Shown: positions 38,883-49,594 of the stretch, piece by piece
How the letters are laid out: the number at the start of each line of letters is the position of its first letter
Position numbering within the stretch: the first letter of the stretch is position 1
Program-made: the position numbers and the translations under genes
Notes under the pieces: generated by a model
Database searches by the model: none
The model's input: the letters and a program-made list of their open reading frames with translations, nothing else
Told to the model about the DNA's origin: nothing
Assembly (NCBI GenBank): GCA_000002435.2
Contig: CM018792.1
DNA length: 64,000 nt
From: Giardia intestinalis
Taxonomy: Eukaryota
Direction: 5' to 3' (one strand)

Positions 38883-41879
38883 CTAGTTATCAAACAGGCT
38901 GAGATAGTTAGTCTCGATAGTTGCCTTCCGGTGCATCCACGCGTGCTTAAACCAGCTCACTATATTGATCATGCTCAGGACCATGACTGCAGTCAATACC
39001 CCCATCAAAAGAATCACTACTAAGAGCGAAGACATTGGTAAAATGCAGCTCAAACGATCACTGCTTACTCGGAAAAAGGGAGGACAGGTCTCCATTACGT
39101 TCCTGGCTTCATAGATTCCGCATGCCCCTGGATCTGCGAAGATTGAAAAGGGGAGAGGACTTGGGCACGCTGTACAGTTAATGATCGCTGTGCCGGAAGA
39201 AGATCCTCCAGTTGAGATGCAGTCAGATTGGCAGGCATCAGTACAGTTTCCTCCACTTACACTGAAAAACACATTCTGGCCTATTTTCATCTTGGGCGCC
39301 TCTACATACACGTTTCCCCCAGCCCCACTGCCGCCACAAACCACACGATTTGAGACATTGTCTAACTTGGAAGATCGTCCTTCCTCGCCATTTGCCACAA
39401 TGGACCCTAAGAGGGTAAGATGAACCGCTGCAACAATGTACGCAGTACCTCCTGCCCGACCACCCAGGACCCCGTCACATGTATCCCCCGGATTTCCCGA
39501 AATCTGACCCTTGTTGGAGTCGTGCAGTTTGTAAAGCCGTATGCTTGTATTGACTAGGGGCGCAGGGCTTCCTCGACTGCACCCGCCAAACAAGACATTT
39601 GAACCACCACAGCAATTAAATTGTCGCCGTGTTGACATGGGTCCGTGAAGAATAAGTGAGCCAAGGGAAACAAATGGTGCTTGAATGTACAAAGTAGGGT
39701 CCTTGTATGAATTAGAGGCTAAGAAAATATACCCGAGAAGCTCTACTGTTGAGGCTACCGCTTGAATTCTGTTTGCAACTATCAATCCAGCTTCAGATTG
39801 TTTCATGTATGTGCTCGAAATCCTCAACGATCCTTCTATCGCGGTGGCTTGGGTGAGCAGCTGTTTGCCATTAACTACCGAAAGGAGGCCCTCAAATGTG
39901 CTATCATGATCAATGAACAAGTTAGACATTACGGAGATAGGAAGCCCGTTAGCCTCTAGTGATCCCCATGTATGCTTAACGTGAACTTTGCCTCTAATAT
40001 CAAGAGAATTTATGGCTACAGACTTATAGGCCCTTACATAGATAGCTTTGCGGAGTGCATCGAACCTGGCATTTGCATCTGATGACGATAAGAGCAAGAG
40101 TGACATTGTGTATTGAGAAGACAGCGTGCCGGCGTAAAACAGGTTGTGCACATAGCAATCCAATGTATGGTGATACTGATTTGGCCCAGGCAGTCGCATG
40201 AGAGTGCCATAGTTGATCACAACGTTTGCATCTATTAGGGCAGCACCGAGTAGGTAGCCGCGTTCAACATATAGAGTTCCTGGCTCGAATAATAGATAAG
40301 TTAGGCAGTCATCCTCAGATAAGAACAGTTGGGTATTTGATTCATTAGATGGTGCTCCTATTGTCTGAATACAGGTCAAATAAAGGTTCTCATCGTCCAA
40401 TGGGACTTCAGTCATGGGTTGCAGGTATATGCTTTCTATGTACAGGCTACGGTTTATATTTTCGTTAATTAGGTATTCTGAAAGTATCTCCTTTCTTGAC
40501 TCACCCATAGAAGACTGACCCCCTGGATTGGTGTCTGCTAAGTGCTGTGTTTTGTTTGCAAGTGGCAAGCTGCGTACCTGGAGATAAGATGTCTTTGTGA
40601 CTGTTAGGTGGGCCAGCATTCCGCTGCTAATTATGGCACCGTCTTCAAAGTAAAGGTAGCTCAGATCAGCATATATATGCCCGACCAAAACGCGCATCTT
40701 GAAGACAGCAGACGCCACCCGTGAGAGTTTAAGAGAATTGACCACCAGCAGCCGGTGCTCAACAGTTAGATTATTAATGTTATAAAATGAATATTGCATT
40801 ATATTAATAGAAGAGGATTTGGAAGTAAATGATTCAAGGCCGTCTGCAACCAGAGTATCCCCTTCAAGAAGACTTCCTTCGTATAGGGTAACTGAATACA
40901 GATATGAGTAGTCGGATTGTGTAACATTGGGCGAGGTGCCGTCAGCTGGCTGTGGCTTATGTGTAGACTGCATTTGATAGTCTTGTTGGGCAAAGTAAAT
41001 GGTTTCGAATGATAAAGCACCTTTTATTTGTGTTCCAGCACTAAGTTCAATGGTATCTGCAGTGATGGTCCCGTACGTGTGTACCCAGGTATCGCCCTTA
41101 GCCCGCAGAGCATAGGCAACAACTGAGGCATTGGCTTTGATACTGTCTGTCGTGATGTTCTGTGTAACAGATATAAGAGCATGGCTATTTAAGCTTATCG
41201 CCTTGGCAAATAAAGAGCCAGAGATCGAAAGAATAGACTCGGTGCTTACCTCCAGCAACACCACATCTATGCCCTGGCAAGCTAGGGAGCTCTTGTCCCA
41301 TAACTCGAGGGTTCCTAGCTTGATGGGAATGGACGCGCGTATTATCGAGCCACGGGTCAAGACCAGCCTGTCTGAAACAGTGAACGAGGAGTCTATGGAT
41401 GACGACACATTCACCAGATGCAGTTGCAGCGCATCGAGGCCCAAGATTTGGGTGGGTCGAGAGGAGTGCAAGCTAAGATTAACGTCTGGGGCATAAACTG
41501 CAATGGGGCTGTTAATAAGCATTATAGCAGCGCTTATTACGTTAGTTCGCTTGCCCGGGGCTTGGCTTTCGCACGAATAGGTAACGGTGAGGGAAGCCTC
41601 GATGACCACAAAAGATAAATAGAGAGAATCCACCCTGTTAGCGGCATAGATACTGATGTTTGTAGGCGACGTAGCGATCAAGTCGCCATACTGGAACGCT
41701 TGCGTGCAGATTATCGACACATTATGTAAAATCTTAGTCGTGGTGACCCATGGCGGTGGGCAGCCGTAGCACGACTCCGTGAGCTGCTCGTCTGTCCATG
41801 TATTGATTTTTTCGCAGACAGACACCACAGAGAGCGTAGAGGGAAGACATAGAAGACATGTTAGCAACAATAGAGACAT
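38883..41879 (-). CDS. Large type-I membrane/surface protein (998 aa). It has an N-terminal signal peptide MSLLLLTCLLCLPSTLS, a long Ser/Thr/Asn-rich ectodomain with a Gly/Cys-rich stalk, and one C-terminal TM segment (LLVVILLMGVLTAVMVLSMINIV).
   Basis: ATG at 41877-41879. Signal peptide and TM segment read from the translation. It lies 25 bp from the upstream gene and 5 bp from the downstream gene. Confidence 0.7.
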   Translation of the reverse strand: MSLLLLTCLLCLPSTLSVVSVCEKINTWTDEQLTESCYGCPPPWVTTTKILHNVSIICTQAFQYGDLIATSPTNISIYAANRVDSLYLSFVVIEASLTVTYSCESQAPGKRTNVISAAIMLINSPIAVYAPDVNLSLHSSRPTQILGLDALQLHLVNVSSSIDSSFTVSDRLVLTRGSIIRASIPIKLGTLELWDKSSLACQGIDVVLLEVSTESILSISGSLFAKAISLNSHALISVTQNITTDSIKANASVVAYALRAKGDTWVHTYGTITADTIELSAGTQIKGALSFETIYFAQQDYQMQSTHKPQPADGTSPNVTQSDYSYLYSVTLYEGSLLEGDTLVADGLESFTSKSSSINIMQYSFYNINNLTVEHRLLVVNSLKLSRVASAVFKMRVLVGHIYADLSYLYFEDGAIISSGMLAHLTVTKTSYLQVRSLPLANKTQHLADTNPGGQSSMGESRKEILSEYLINENINRSLYIESIYLQPMTEVPLDDENLYLTCIQTIGAPSNESNTQLFLSEDDCLTYLLFEPGTLYVERGYLLGAALIDANVVINYGTLMRLPGPNQYHHTLDCYVHNLFYAGTLSSQYTMSLLLLSSSDANARFDALRKAIYVRAYKSVAINSLDIRGKVHVKHTWGSLEANGLPISVMSNLFIDHDSTFEGLLSVVNGKQLLTQATAIEGSLRISSTYMKQSEAGLIVANRIQAVASTVELLGYIFLASNSYKDPTLYIQAPFVSLGSLILHGPMSTRRQFNCCGGSNVLFGGCSRGSPAPLVNTSIRLYKLHDSNKGQISGNPGDTCDGVLGGRAGGTAYIVAAVHLTLLGSIVANGEEGRSSKLDNVSNRVVCGGSGAGGNVYVEAPKMKIGQNVFFSVSGGNCTDACQSDCISTGGSSSGTAIINCTACPSPLPFSIFADPGACGIYEARNVMETCPPFFRVSSDRLSCILPMSSLLVVILLMGVLTAVMVLSMINIVSWFKHAWMHRKATIETNYLSLFDN

Positions 41880-41884
41880 TTACT

Positions 41885-42583
41885 TTAAATATAGGGTAAG
41901 CCGCTCCTGGGACCCACGGGATCGCGAGTGTCGGGCCGTGCAGGCTCCCATATGGCATTTGGTGGAAGGTGCTTAGGTCTTTTGACTCCCTGGAGTGGAT
42001 CAGCAAAGTCGCCTAGCCCATCCGGAAAACAGGGGTCTGGACTCGGCTCGTTACTTTTATGAAACATAGGGTGATTAAGTCCGATTAAGTTTCCGTTTTT
42101 CTCCAAATCAAGAGGACCACTGAAAGCTGTTTTCTTCACAGGCAATTTTCCAATCACCGCGCTACCCTGTGGCAACTTGCTTTGAACTTGATTATTGGAC
42201 TGGAAGCCCATAGGGGCATCGCTAGTGCTACTGTTGACGGCGGAGGGCCTGTGTGAGAGAGACATCCCTGACATCCCAACGGCCTTCCAAGCCGATAGAA
42301 ACTCTTGTATTCGGTCCAGCATTGACTCGTCACGAGCTACGATGCATTGCATACTAGATGCATCCTTTTCAAGGAGCACAGTGACGGTATCCTTCTCCGG
42401 GTCTTCTGCGGCGGTGAGGTACGCAACGGCGAAGTTCGGCAGGCTGATCTTCTCCTTTTTGAGAGGCAAGGGTCCTATTTCCTTTAAGCCCAACGTGCTA
42501 GAGATAGCGCTGCAAATGGCATCGCTAGACATATTGGTTTTTTGCGGCAATCGACAGGCATAACAGTCTGCGAGTATACCCAT
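41885..42583 (-). CDS. Hypothetical protein (232 aa).
   Basis: ATG at 42581-42583. No recognisable domain. Confidence 0.55.
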   Translation of the reverse strand: MGILADCYACRLPQKTNMSSDAICSAISSTLGLKEIGPLPLKKEKISLPNFAVAYLTAAEDPEKDTVTVLLEKDASSMQCIVARDESMLDRIQEFLSAWKAVGMSGMSLSHRPSAVNSSTSDAPMGFQSNNQVQSKLPQGSAVIGKLPVKKTAFSGPLDLEKNGNLIGLNHPMFHKSNEPSPDPCFPDGLGDFADPLQGVKRPKHLPPNAIWEPARPDTRDPVGPRSGLPYI

Positions 42584-42598
42584 CTACGGCATAACACT

Positions 42599-43018
42599 AT
42601 GGCTATCTTCTGGATCTCCAGATTTGCTCATACATGCTTCAGGTCCCTCTCAGTCTTTCTCTTTCACTTTGTAAGAGATCTTAGACATCCTAAGGATCGG
42701 GTGAAGTGTAGACCATACACTTTCAATCACGAGTCATGCTTGCGTGAGCTTAGGTCAGTAGCCAACATCTATGTGGAGGTAGATAACTCTATGGGCCACG
42801 CAGACTTTGAGGATGAGGCAGACCAGTGTTGGATTCTCGCTGTGCCTTGGCTCCTGCAGCCCTGCCTTGTTCAACATAAGCGTCCCCTCGTGGCCATCAC
42901 ATCGTTGACTGCGCAGCTTGAGCATCTCCGCAGATGTTCGATAGAAGCCGGCCAGCAGTTAGCACTTTGTTTCCTCGGAGTCACATACAGTGCCACGGCC
43001 GATGGCAAGACAGATTAA
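42599..43018 (+). CDS. Possible small hypothetical ORF (140 aa from the first ATG), of doubtful reality.
   Basis: It is the only sizeable ORF in the 630-bp gap between the two minus-strand genes. The ORF-track start is TTG. No AT-rich leader precedes it. Confidence 0.25.
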   Translation: MAIFWISRFAHTCFRSLSVFLFHFVRDLRHPKDRVKCRPYTFNHESCLRELRSVANIYVEVDNSMGHADFEDEADQCWILAVPWLLQPCLVQHKRPLVAITSLTAQLEHLRRCSIEAGQQLALCFLGVTYSATADGKTD

Positions 43019-43216
43019 TCACGTCCCGGAATGCGCCACTCCTATGCCCGCTGCTCTCACAGCCGTCGCCGGCCCCCAGGTAGTCAACGACCGTGGTGAC
43101 ACCAGCATACATACTTCTGCCTTGTTTACTAGGAGAAGGGCTGTATTGTCCCAGCACGATAGAAACTGGGTACGCATACAAGCAAGGCAGACAGGAGAAG
43201 ACATTGATCTGCGCCG

Positions 43217-45253
43217 TCACAGAAGATCCGGCTCCTCTAGAAGGAACTCGTTGTGGCTCTCTGACCCGGAATTTATGCTGCGTAATTTGCTAACTCGGAC
43301 CCCCCGCTTCTTCGCAAGCTTGACGAGGAACGGAGTAGCCACGATGAAACCGACGATGATGAGGCCCAAGATAACAATCGTAGAGATGAGTCCTGCACCC
43401 CTGCTGGAGAAGTTAGAGTCCAGCTTACCGCAGTAGAGACCCATGACTGAGCTGATGGCGAAAACCTGGCCAGACGTGCACCGATCGCAAGAGACCAGCT
43501 TCTTGCTGTTTGCCATATAGGACGCACATTCGCTCGGACACGTTAGACACGTATCCCCTTCAGCGAAATAGTATCCCTGCACACACACGCCAGACTCACA
43601 AGTAGTGTCTGTGCACTCTCCCTTGCAGCCTTCCAAGCACGGGGAGCACCGATCTCCATCAACTGAAATGCCATAGCCGGCTAGGCACTCGCTGCATGCA
43701 GAGCCGTCATATGTATAGACCTTGCAATTCTCTACTTGTCCTTTCGCACACTTCTGATCATCAGGTGATATGTAAAATCCTAGTTTGCAAGTGCCGCAAT
43801 ACTTTGCTGTTTCTGCGCACAGCTCACAGTTGGGATCCTCACACTTTTCCAACGTATTCTTGTAGCTATCATACCGATAGCCATTGAATCCTAGTATGCA
43901 GTTCGAAATCTCCGGTCCCTTGCACAACTGACAGTTATCCACACACTTCTTGCACGCACCGTCAGCTACGTAAAAGCCGCCCCGACACGTGCTGCAGCCT
44001 TTGGTTGGATCTGTGGTATTATCCGCGTGGAGACAGTTCTCTATCACCAAGCCCACTTTAACGCATGTGCCATTCTGCAGGACAAAGCCATCATCGCAAT
44101 TGGTGCAGTTTGTCGCAGTGTTCTCACAAGCAAGGCAGTTGTCGTCGCACCGGACACAGAGGTTGTCGTACAAGTAGTAGCCAGGCAAGCATTCAGTGCA
44201 GCGGAAGCGGTCGCTGCATCCTATACAGTTCATGATGGCCCCGTAGCAGGGGACGCAAAAGCCGTTTTCTAAAAACTCGTTACTCTTACAACTTTTGGTC
44301 GGTAGATCAGAGCACCAAATGCCATATATCTTTGGTCCTACCGTGAGTTGGGACGAGTCCGTACACCGGGTACAAACAGGAATGCTGTGTGCCTCGTCGT
44401 AGTAGCAGTCGGCACAATTAGTTGGACACTTGGCACACACCTTTGCGTACGAATGGTAATAGTAACCTTGTGCGCAGCCAGTGGAGAGACATTTGCCAGG
44501 AAACTGGCGCTCATCATCGGCGCAGATAGCGCAGCCTTGCTGACACGCCTGGCAGGTACTGTCAGAAGTGAGGGCATAGCCGGGCATGCAGAAAGTGCAC
44601 TTGCTGGAATCGCACGTGCTGCAATTGCCAGTACAACTTACACATGTTGCTGATTGTGACGTTGTTGATGGCGTAGAAAGCCTATAACCTGGCTTGCAGA
44701 CAGTGCATGCTCCATCATCTGCGCAAGTGTCACAGTTAGTACCGGTACAGGCAGCTGGACTCTTCGTCGAGGGGTTAACATAGTACCCTGAGGCGGCCCT
44801 CGTGCACTCAGTGGCGCTCTTGCAGGATAGACAGTTATCAGCACACTTTGTGCAGGGGGTTGATCCCGCGCCCGAGTGGAAGTACCCCTCTGCGCAGGTC
44901 ATGCACTTTCCTGTGTCATGGACGCACTTGCTACACCCTGTATATAAGTCCTTGGGCTCCTTGCATGTCCCGTCCTGTGCTCTGCAGTGGGCCTCGCTGC
45001 ACGCCGTGCACTTCCCCGGGCCGGTGCAGCGCTCACAGGTGGGATCGCACGGCTTGCAGTACCCTCCCTCGAGATACGCCCCGGAAGCGCACCTCGTGCA
45101 CGCGCCTGCCCCGGTGCACTCCAGGCACCACTTTATCGCCGCAGCGCACTCAACACACATGCTCCCGGTCAGGTAGTGGTTTTTGGGGCAGCTCATCTTC
45201 CCTCCACGCGAAGGCGCGGTGGCCAGAGCGACGAGCACCACCAACGCATGCAT
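43217..45253 (-). CDS. High-cysteine membrane protein (HCMP/VSP-like). It has a signal peptide MHALVVLVALATA, dozens of CxxC/CxC motifs, GGYC, and one C-terminal TM segment with a 40-aa cytoplasmic tail. No CRGKA.
   Basis: The ORF-track start at 45256 is TTG. The ATG is at 45251-45253 with AT-rich upstream sequence (ttaaaaattaatacttttag on the coding strand). Cys-rich repeats and the TM segment GLIIVGFIVATPFLV read from the translation. Confidence 0.85.
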   Translation of the reverse strand: MHALVVLVALATAPSRGGKMSCPKNHYLTGSMCVECAAAIKWCLECTGAGACTRCASGAYLEGGYCKPCDPTCERCTGPGKCTACSEAHCRAQDGTCKEPKDLYTGCSKCVHDTGKCMTCAEGYFHSGAGSTPCTKCADNCLSCKSATECTRAASGYYVNPSTKSPAACTGTNCDTCADDGACTVCKPGYRLSTPSTTSQSATCVSCTGNCSTCDSSKCTFCMPGYALTSDSTCQACQQGCAICADDERQFPGKCLSTGCAQGYYYHSYAKVCAKCPTNCADCYYDEAHSIPVCTRCTDSSQLTVGPKIYGIWCSDLPTKSCKSNEFLENGFCVPCYGAIMNCIGCSDRFRCTECLPGYYLYDNLCVRCDDNCLACENTATNCTNCDDGFVLQNGTCVKVGLVIENCLHADNTTDPTKGCSTCRGGFYVADGACKKCVDNCQLCKGPEISNCILGFNGYRYDSYKNTLEKCEDPNCELCAETAKYCGTCKLGFYISPDDQKCAKGQVENCKVYTYDGSACSECLAGYGISVDGDRCSPCLEGCKGECTDTTCESGVCVQGYYFAEGDTCLTCPSECASYMANSKKLVSCDRCTSGQVFAISSVMGLYCGKLDSNFSSRGAGLISTIVILGLIIVGFIVATPFLVKLAKKRGVRVSKLRSINSGSESHNEFLLEEPDLL

Positions 45254-45857
45254 CAACAGCTGTCTAAAAGTATTAATTTTTAATCTTAGATCGTGTTATC
45301 AGTGGAAGTAGTGTTCGGATTATATGAAAGAGGCTCGCACATGACACAATCACCAAGGAGCAGATCACATCTCGGGTGGTCGGTGACCGAGGCCTGTGCG
45401 AACCCATTACAGGGGCGGCCCTATAACGGATGGGCTGCTCTCGGACAAGTCGCCCCATGCTTCTAGTGTCAGGCAGCACGCTACTGTACTTTGTAAGGTA
45501 GCCTTGGCCACGCACTGGCACACTAAGACACGATAATCGCCTTTGACATTAACTACTCGCCTAGAAGGCACGGGTTGGATGCCCTGTGCGATAAGCGTGT
45601 GCAGATCTGAGTCATGGCGCCACAAGTGACGAGCCGGCCACGGAGGGCCTTTGCGGACAGAACGAGTCTGACCTGTCCAGGGCTAACCCCACAGCTTCTG
45701 CTTGCCGAACAGGGGTATCTACTGACTAGATAGTAGGTCAGGTATGCCGGTCGCGGTGCTGGCTCTCAGTCTGCAACTGGGAGGCCAGCGGCCAACAGAG
45801 AGACAGTCCGTACCATTTTAAAGTAAAATCGTCGGGGAAAATCTGCTGCGGCGACAG

Positions 45858-46229
45858 ATGCCCTTCAGCCCCATTTCCGCGCCCGAGTACGAGACAAACG
45901 ACTGGTATGAGCCGACCGCCTCTGCGCTGAAGAAGATCAACGAGGCCGGGGAGCTGGAGCTCATCACGTTCCACGGGCCGTGGTGCAAGGACTGCCAGTA
46001 CAGCATCCCCGTCTTCAACAGGATCATGACGTACGTGACGAACGACAAGATCAAGGTCACCGTCGCCACCGTCGACAAGGAGACCCGCACGGACAGCGCC
46101 GGCCTTTGCGAGAAGTACGGCGTCAAGAAGGTCCCGTCCTGGGTCGTCCTCCGCGGGGGGAAGGAGATCGGCCGGATCGTCGAGAACTTCACGGTCTCCT
46201 TCGACGAGGACGTGGCCGCCATGCTCTAG
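45858..46229 (+). CDS. Thioredoxin-fold protein with an atypical WCKDC active site (123 aa).
   Basis: ITFHGPWCKDCQ...YGVKKVPSWVVLRGGKEIGRIV matches the thioredoxin signature (WCxxC ... cis-Pro ... G-rich). The gene is GC-rich. Confidence 0.75.
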   Translation: MPFSPISAPEYETNDWYEPTASALKKINEAGELELITFHGPWCKDCQYSIPVFNRIMTYVTNDKIKVTVATVDKETRTDSAGLCEKYGVKKVPSWVVLRGGKEIGRIVENFTVSFDEDVAAML

Positions 46230-46270
46230 GCCTTCCACCAGGAGTGAATTCTTTTGGCGCTTGTACGCTC

Positions 46271-46615
46271 ATGGAGAGTCCTTGCGGTTCGGGGGCGCGG
46301 CGGCTGGACGTGCTTGCGTTCATGCCAGACGAGCGCACGCAGAGGCTCCTCGTGGCCCAGAGGCAGCAGGAGTTCTCGGCGGCCGTTGTAGCACATCAGC
46401 CGCGGATCGCCGAGGTGCGCGTCCAGATGCACAACCTGCGGGACAGAGAGGGCTACGCCGTAAGGTATGGGGTCACGGCGGTCCCCACTTGGGTCTTTCT
46501 GCGCGATGGACAAGAGCTCGGGAGAATTGTTTGTGAGCCCCGAGGCTCGTTTGCAGAAGAGATAGGAAGAATCCTGGCCGCATCCACCCAGGAGCAAGAC
46601 AGAGAGAACAGCTAG
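46271..46615 (+). CDS. Thioredoxin-like paralogue lacking the CxxC active site (114 aa). Tandem duplicate of the preceding gene.
   Basis: YGVTAVPTWVFLRDGQELGRIV parallels YGVKKVPSWVVLRGGKEIGRIV of the upstream gene. LAFMPDERTQ replaces HGPWCKDCQ. The ATG at 46271 is the first Met in a frame that is open from 45980. Confidence 0.6.
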   Translation: MESPCGSGARRLDVLAFMPDERTQRLLVAQRQQEFSAAVVAHQPRIAEVRVQMHNLRDREGYAVRYGVTAVPTWVFLRDGQELGRIVCEPRGSFAEEIGRILAASTQEQDRENS

Positions 46616-46648
46616 AGGGACCCGTGTCGGCCGCTCGTCAAAAAACAA

Positions 46649-49291
46649 ATGGCGTCTCTATGCTGCGTCGCATGCGCCAACCTTGTTCGCCCAGGAGCCC
46701 ATAGGATCCTGTGTCCGCTGTGTAAACTTGAATTGGAAACCCACGCACACAAACGCCAGGAATTAAAATGTCAGTCGTGCATCCTAACAGAGCACTTCGC
46801 AGACGACAAGCATAGCGCGGCCCACAAGAGCCTCATCTTAAAGGCGTACGTCTCAATGGAGCAAGCCCGGACCAAGGCGGAGGCTAGCCTGTACCTTGCA
46901 GAGAGCAAGAAGACGAGCATCGAGGAGAAGATCGATCGCAACGAGCTTGACAGGTTTGGCAGAGTGGCCACGACGATAGAACAGGCGCTCGAAGTCCAGA
47001 TCAGCAAGCTCGAAAAGATCACCGAGGAGAACTTCCTGGCGTCCGAGCTGTGGGTGCGGAACATGAAGGCCCGCCTGGCCTCCGTCTACCAGGGATGCAT
47101 AGCAAGCAATCAGGCAACGGTCGACTTCATTGCCCAGAGGGCTGGAAACCTGGTCTTCATGTCGACTGCGGCTGAGCTTCTCGCGTCCATGGAGGATCTC
47201 GCCACCAGACACATGCACCAGCTTGCCAGCTCCTCCACTGATCGCTCCGCACCAGCTGCCCATGCTCCCACTGGCCCTCTTATCTCGCTCATCCGCCAGA
47301 ATGTCATGGATACGCTCTCGGCGTCTTTACCGCTGTTCAAGTCTCACCACAACATCAAGGGCATCCTAGACTCCGTCGCCCTAGCAAAGAATATATACGT
47401 GGGCCACGCAGACCTATTCAAAATCCACATTCTCAAGACTGGTCTGTACGTCTTGCCTGCCGCATTGGTACTTCCCCCCAGAACAACCCTGGGCGGGGCT
47501 TCCAGCAGGGGCGGGACAGACGTCGCAGAGCAGAAGGCGCAGTGCAGGTTTGAGTCCCGCGTCACCCAGTCCCTTACCGCTAACAGGAAGCGTCGCTCTG
47601 TTGTGTACGGCACCGTCATACTCACAGACAATAGCACGATCTTCAACCTTCACATAATAGGGAGAGTGTACGTCATCGGAAGCAACGCGAACATCATCAA
47701 CTGCACGATCGAGTCCACGCCCGCCTACTCTTCAGAGTCCTTCACAGACCGGTACACGGGGCTACCCGGGTGTCCCATAGCGTCAAGGGACCGCTCCATG
47801 GCGTCGTCTGTCCCCCGGCTCCAGAAGCTGCTGAGGTCTTCGTCTCCCAACAACCTCTCGCTGGCAGCCATCTCGCAGGCTCTAGAAAGAGTGGGGGTGA
47901 CTCTAACTGCGGATTCGCTGGCGCACTTGGAGCGTGATCTTGCTACCATTAACCCGTGTCTCGTCGTGACCAACAGGTCTACGAGTACGCTACTGATTAA
48001 GTCCAGGATTAACTCGAATAGTTTGGCGAGCCTTCCATTCAGTCTGTCGCACAAGCTTCCCGAGAGCGAAAGCAGCCTGTATGTTGGGCCAAGGTGCCCC
48101 GTTCTTGTATCCTCGGCGTCCCAGCTGTACATTCATGGCTCCTCTGTCTTCTGCACACAAATCAACCCCCTCGCGATGACCACGAGCTTTCGAACCGTGG
48201 CGTTATCCCCCATCTTAGAACTCGACACGCAAAGAAGCTTGATGAACAGCGCTATCAGTCGCACACAGGGCTTTGGCGGACAAGGCAGCAGACATCCCAG
48301 GGAGTCCCGCAGCCTAGAGGCCGCCGAGGAGCCAGCCAAGAACCTTCCCTTCATGCTCACGCCAGACAGGTTTCTCAGGGATAGAGAGATGATTGTGAAG
48401 GGGTCCCTCATTGTCGTCAAGGAGGGCTCCCATCTAGCAATGAGTGATACTCACCTGTTCAACTCCTTTGTGGGGGTGTACACTTCCGATGGCTCCGTCC
48501 ACGCCAACACGTGCTTCATCAATAACTGCTGCGTGGGGGCGATTGTGGCGAACGACGCATACGATGCGCGGTTTGTCTACACTGTGTTTAGCGAAAATGG
48601 CATTGGTGTCATGATGCACAGGCTCAGGAACACATCAGCCCTCTACTTGTCGCGCTACGAGATGAGCTCCGTCTGCGGGCTTGTCATATCCAACACGGCC
48701 ATAGACACGAACATCAACTACAAGTACCGGGTGTCGGAGCAGAGAGCAGCCCCTGCTCCGGAAGCCCCTAGCCCAGCAGAGCAGGAGGAGGACAGCATCA
48801 TTGGGGGATCTCTAGTCTTCGACACAGTGCCCTCATCTGTGGTGCAGTCCCAATCAGGGGAGGCCACCGGAAAGCCCATGTACGGTACCCTGTCTCTTCG
48901 GACGTCCCCCGTTCTAACAAAGTCCACTCACCTCACGAGCGCAACGAAGCTGCCGGAGCACCATTGCATCCTCGTGAGCAAATGCGACTACCAAGCCTCG
49001 AACGTGTCCTCCCTTGCCATTGTCGAGGAGCATGCAGGCCACCACTCCATCAACACTGCGAGCTGCATACTGCTGCACAGGAACAGAATCGAAGTGACTC
49101 AGAAGCGAGCTCCTAGGAGATCCGTCATTCTTCAGGGGGAAAACGTTTCACAGTGGTTCACTAGCATTCCCGCGACAAACTGGATTATCCCCTCGGCAGA
49201 CCCCGGGGAGTACATAGAGATAATCCCGAGAGGGACCGACCTGGCGCAGATTCTGTCAACAAATCTAGTCAGCAATACGGCGACAATCTAG
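46649..49291 (+). CDS. Hypothetical protein (880 aa) with an N-terminal Cys/His-rich zinc-finger-like motif (CCVAC...CPLC...H.H...CQSC), then a coiled-coil, then a long Ser/Thr-rich region.
   Basis: ATG at 46649 (caaaaaacaaATGgcg). Long ORF. Confidence 0.65.
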   Translation: MASLCCVACANLVRPGAHRILCPLCKLELETHAHKRQELKCQSCILTEHFADDKHSAAHKSLILKAYVSMEQARTKAEASLYLAESKKTSIEEKIDRNELDRFGRVATTIEQALEVQISKLEKITEENFLASELWVRNMKARLASVYQGCIASNQATVDFIAQRAGNLVFMSTAAELLASMEDLATRHMHQLASSSTDRSAPAAHAPTGPLISLIRQNVMDTLSASLPLFKSHHNIKGILDSVALAKNIYVGHADLFKIHILKTGLYVLPAALVLPPRTTLGGASSRGGTDVAEQKAQCRFESRVTQSLTANRKRRSVVYGTVILTDNSTIFNLHIIGRVYVIGSNANIINCTIESTPAYSSESFTDRYTGLPGCPIASRDRSMASSVPRLQKLLRSSSPNNLSLAAISQALERVGVTLTADSLAHLERDLATINPCLVVTNRSTSTLLIKSRINSNSLASLPFSLSHKLPESESSLYVGPRCPVLVSSASQLYIHGSSVFCTQINPLAMTTSFRTVALSPILELDTQRSLMNSAISRTQGFGGQGSRHPRESRSLEAAEEPAKNLPFMLTPDRFLRDREMIVKGSLIVVKEGSHLAMSDTHLFNSFVGVYTSDGSVHANTCFINNCCVGAIVANDAYDARFVYTVFSENGIGVMMHRLRNTSALYLSRYEMSSVCGLVISNTAIDTNINYKYRVSEQRAAPAPEAPSPAEQEEDSIIGGSLVFDTVPSSVVQSQSGEATGKPMYGTLSLRTSPVLTKSTHLTSATKLPEHHCILVSKCDYQASNVSSLAIVEEHAGHHSINTASCILLHRNRIEVTQKRAPRRSVILQGENVSQWFTSIPATNWIIPSADPGEYIEIIPRGTDLAQILSTNLVSNTATI

Positions 49292-49594
49292 GTCACAGGC
49301 GCGGATGTCGGAGGCCTAGAATGCTTTAGAGGGCACCAGAGGACAATCATCATTAGCTCTGAGTAGCAAGAACTGAGACTCTATTTAGGGCTGGTGCGTC
49401 TGGCGAAGGCATAGCAACAAGTGGTGTTTAGGTAAAGAATAACGCTCCCATCTCTGGACGGGTGTCTATGTCCATTTTGTATCTATAAAGGGCGTTGTCT
49501 GGCAGGAGGGAGAGGCGTCGATGAAGGAGGTTTGCATCTTGTACTCGCATAACACTAATCGTAGCCCTGGGCCCTCTTCTCAATTCGGAACGAA

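Noticed and set aside
42584-43216. A 630-bp gap containing ORFs 42542-43018 and 42990-43436.
   Set aside because: Both ORFs are TTG-initiated or short, with no AT-rich leader and no recognisable motifs. One is listed at low confidence only. The gap could equally be the 3' UTR and intergenic region of the HCMP gene.
45738-46648. Antisense and alternative-frame ORFs (45738-46238, 45818-46222, 46226-46648 and 45980-46615 upstream of 46271) over the thioredoxin pair.
   Set aside because: Same GC-rich artefact. The plus-strand frames give coherent thioredoxin-fold sequences. The others have no recognisable features and start at non-ATG codons.
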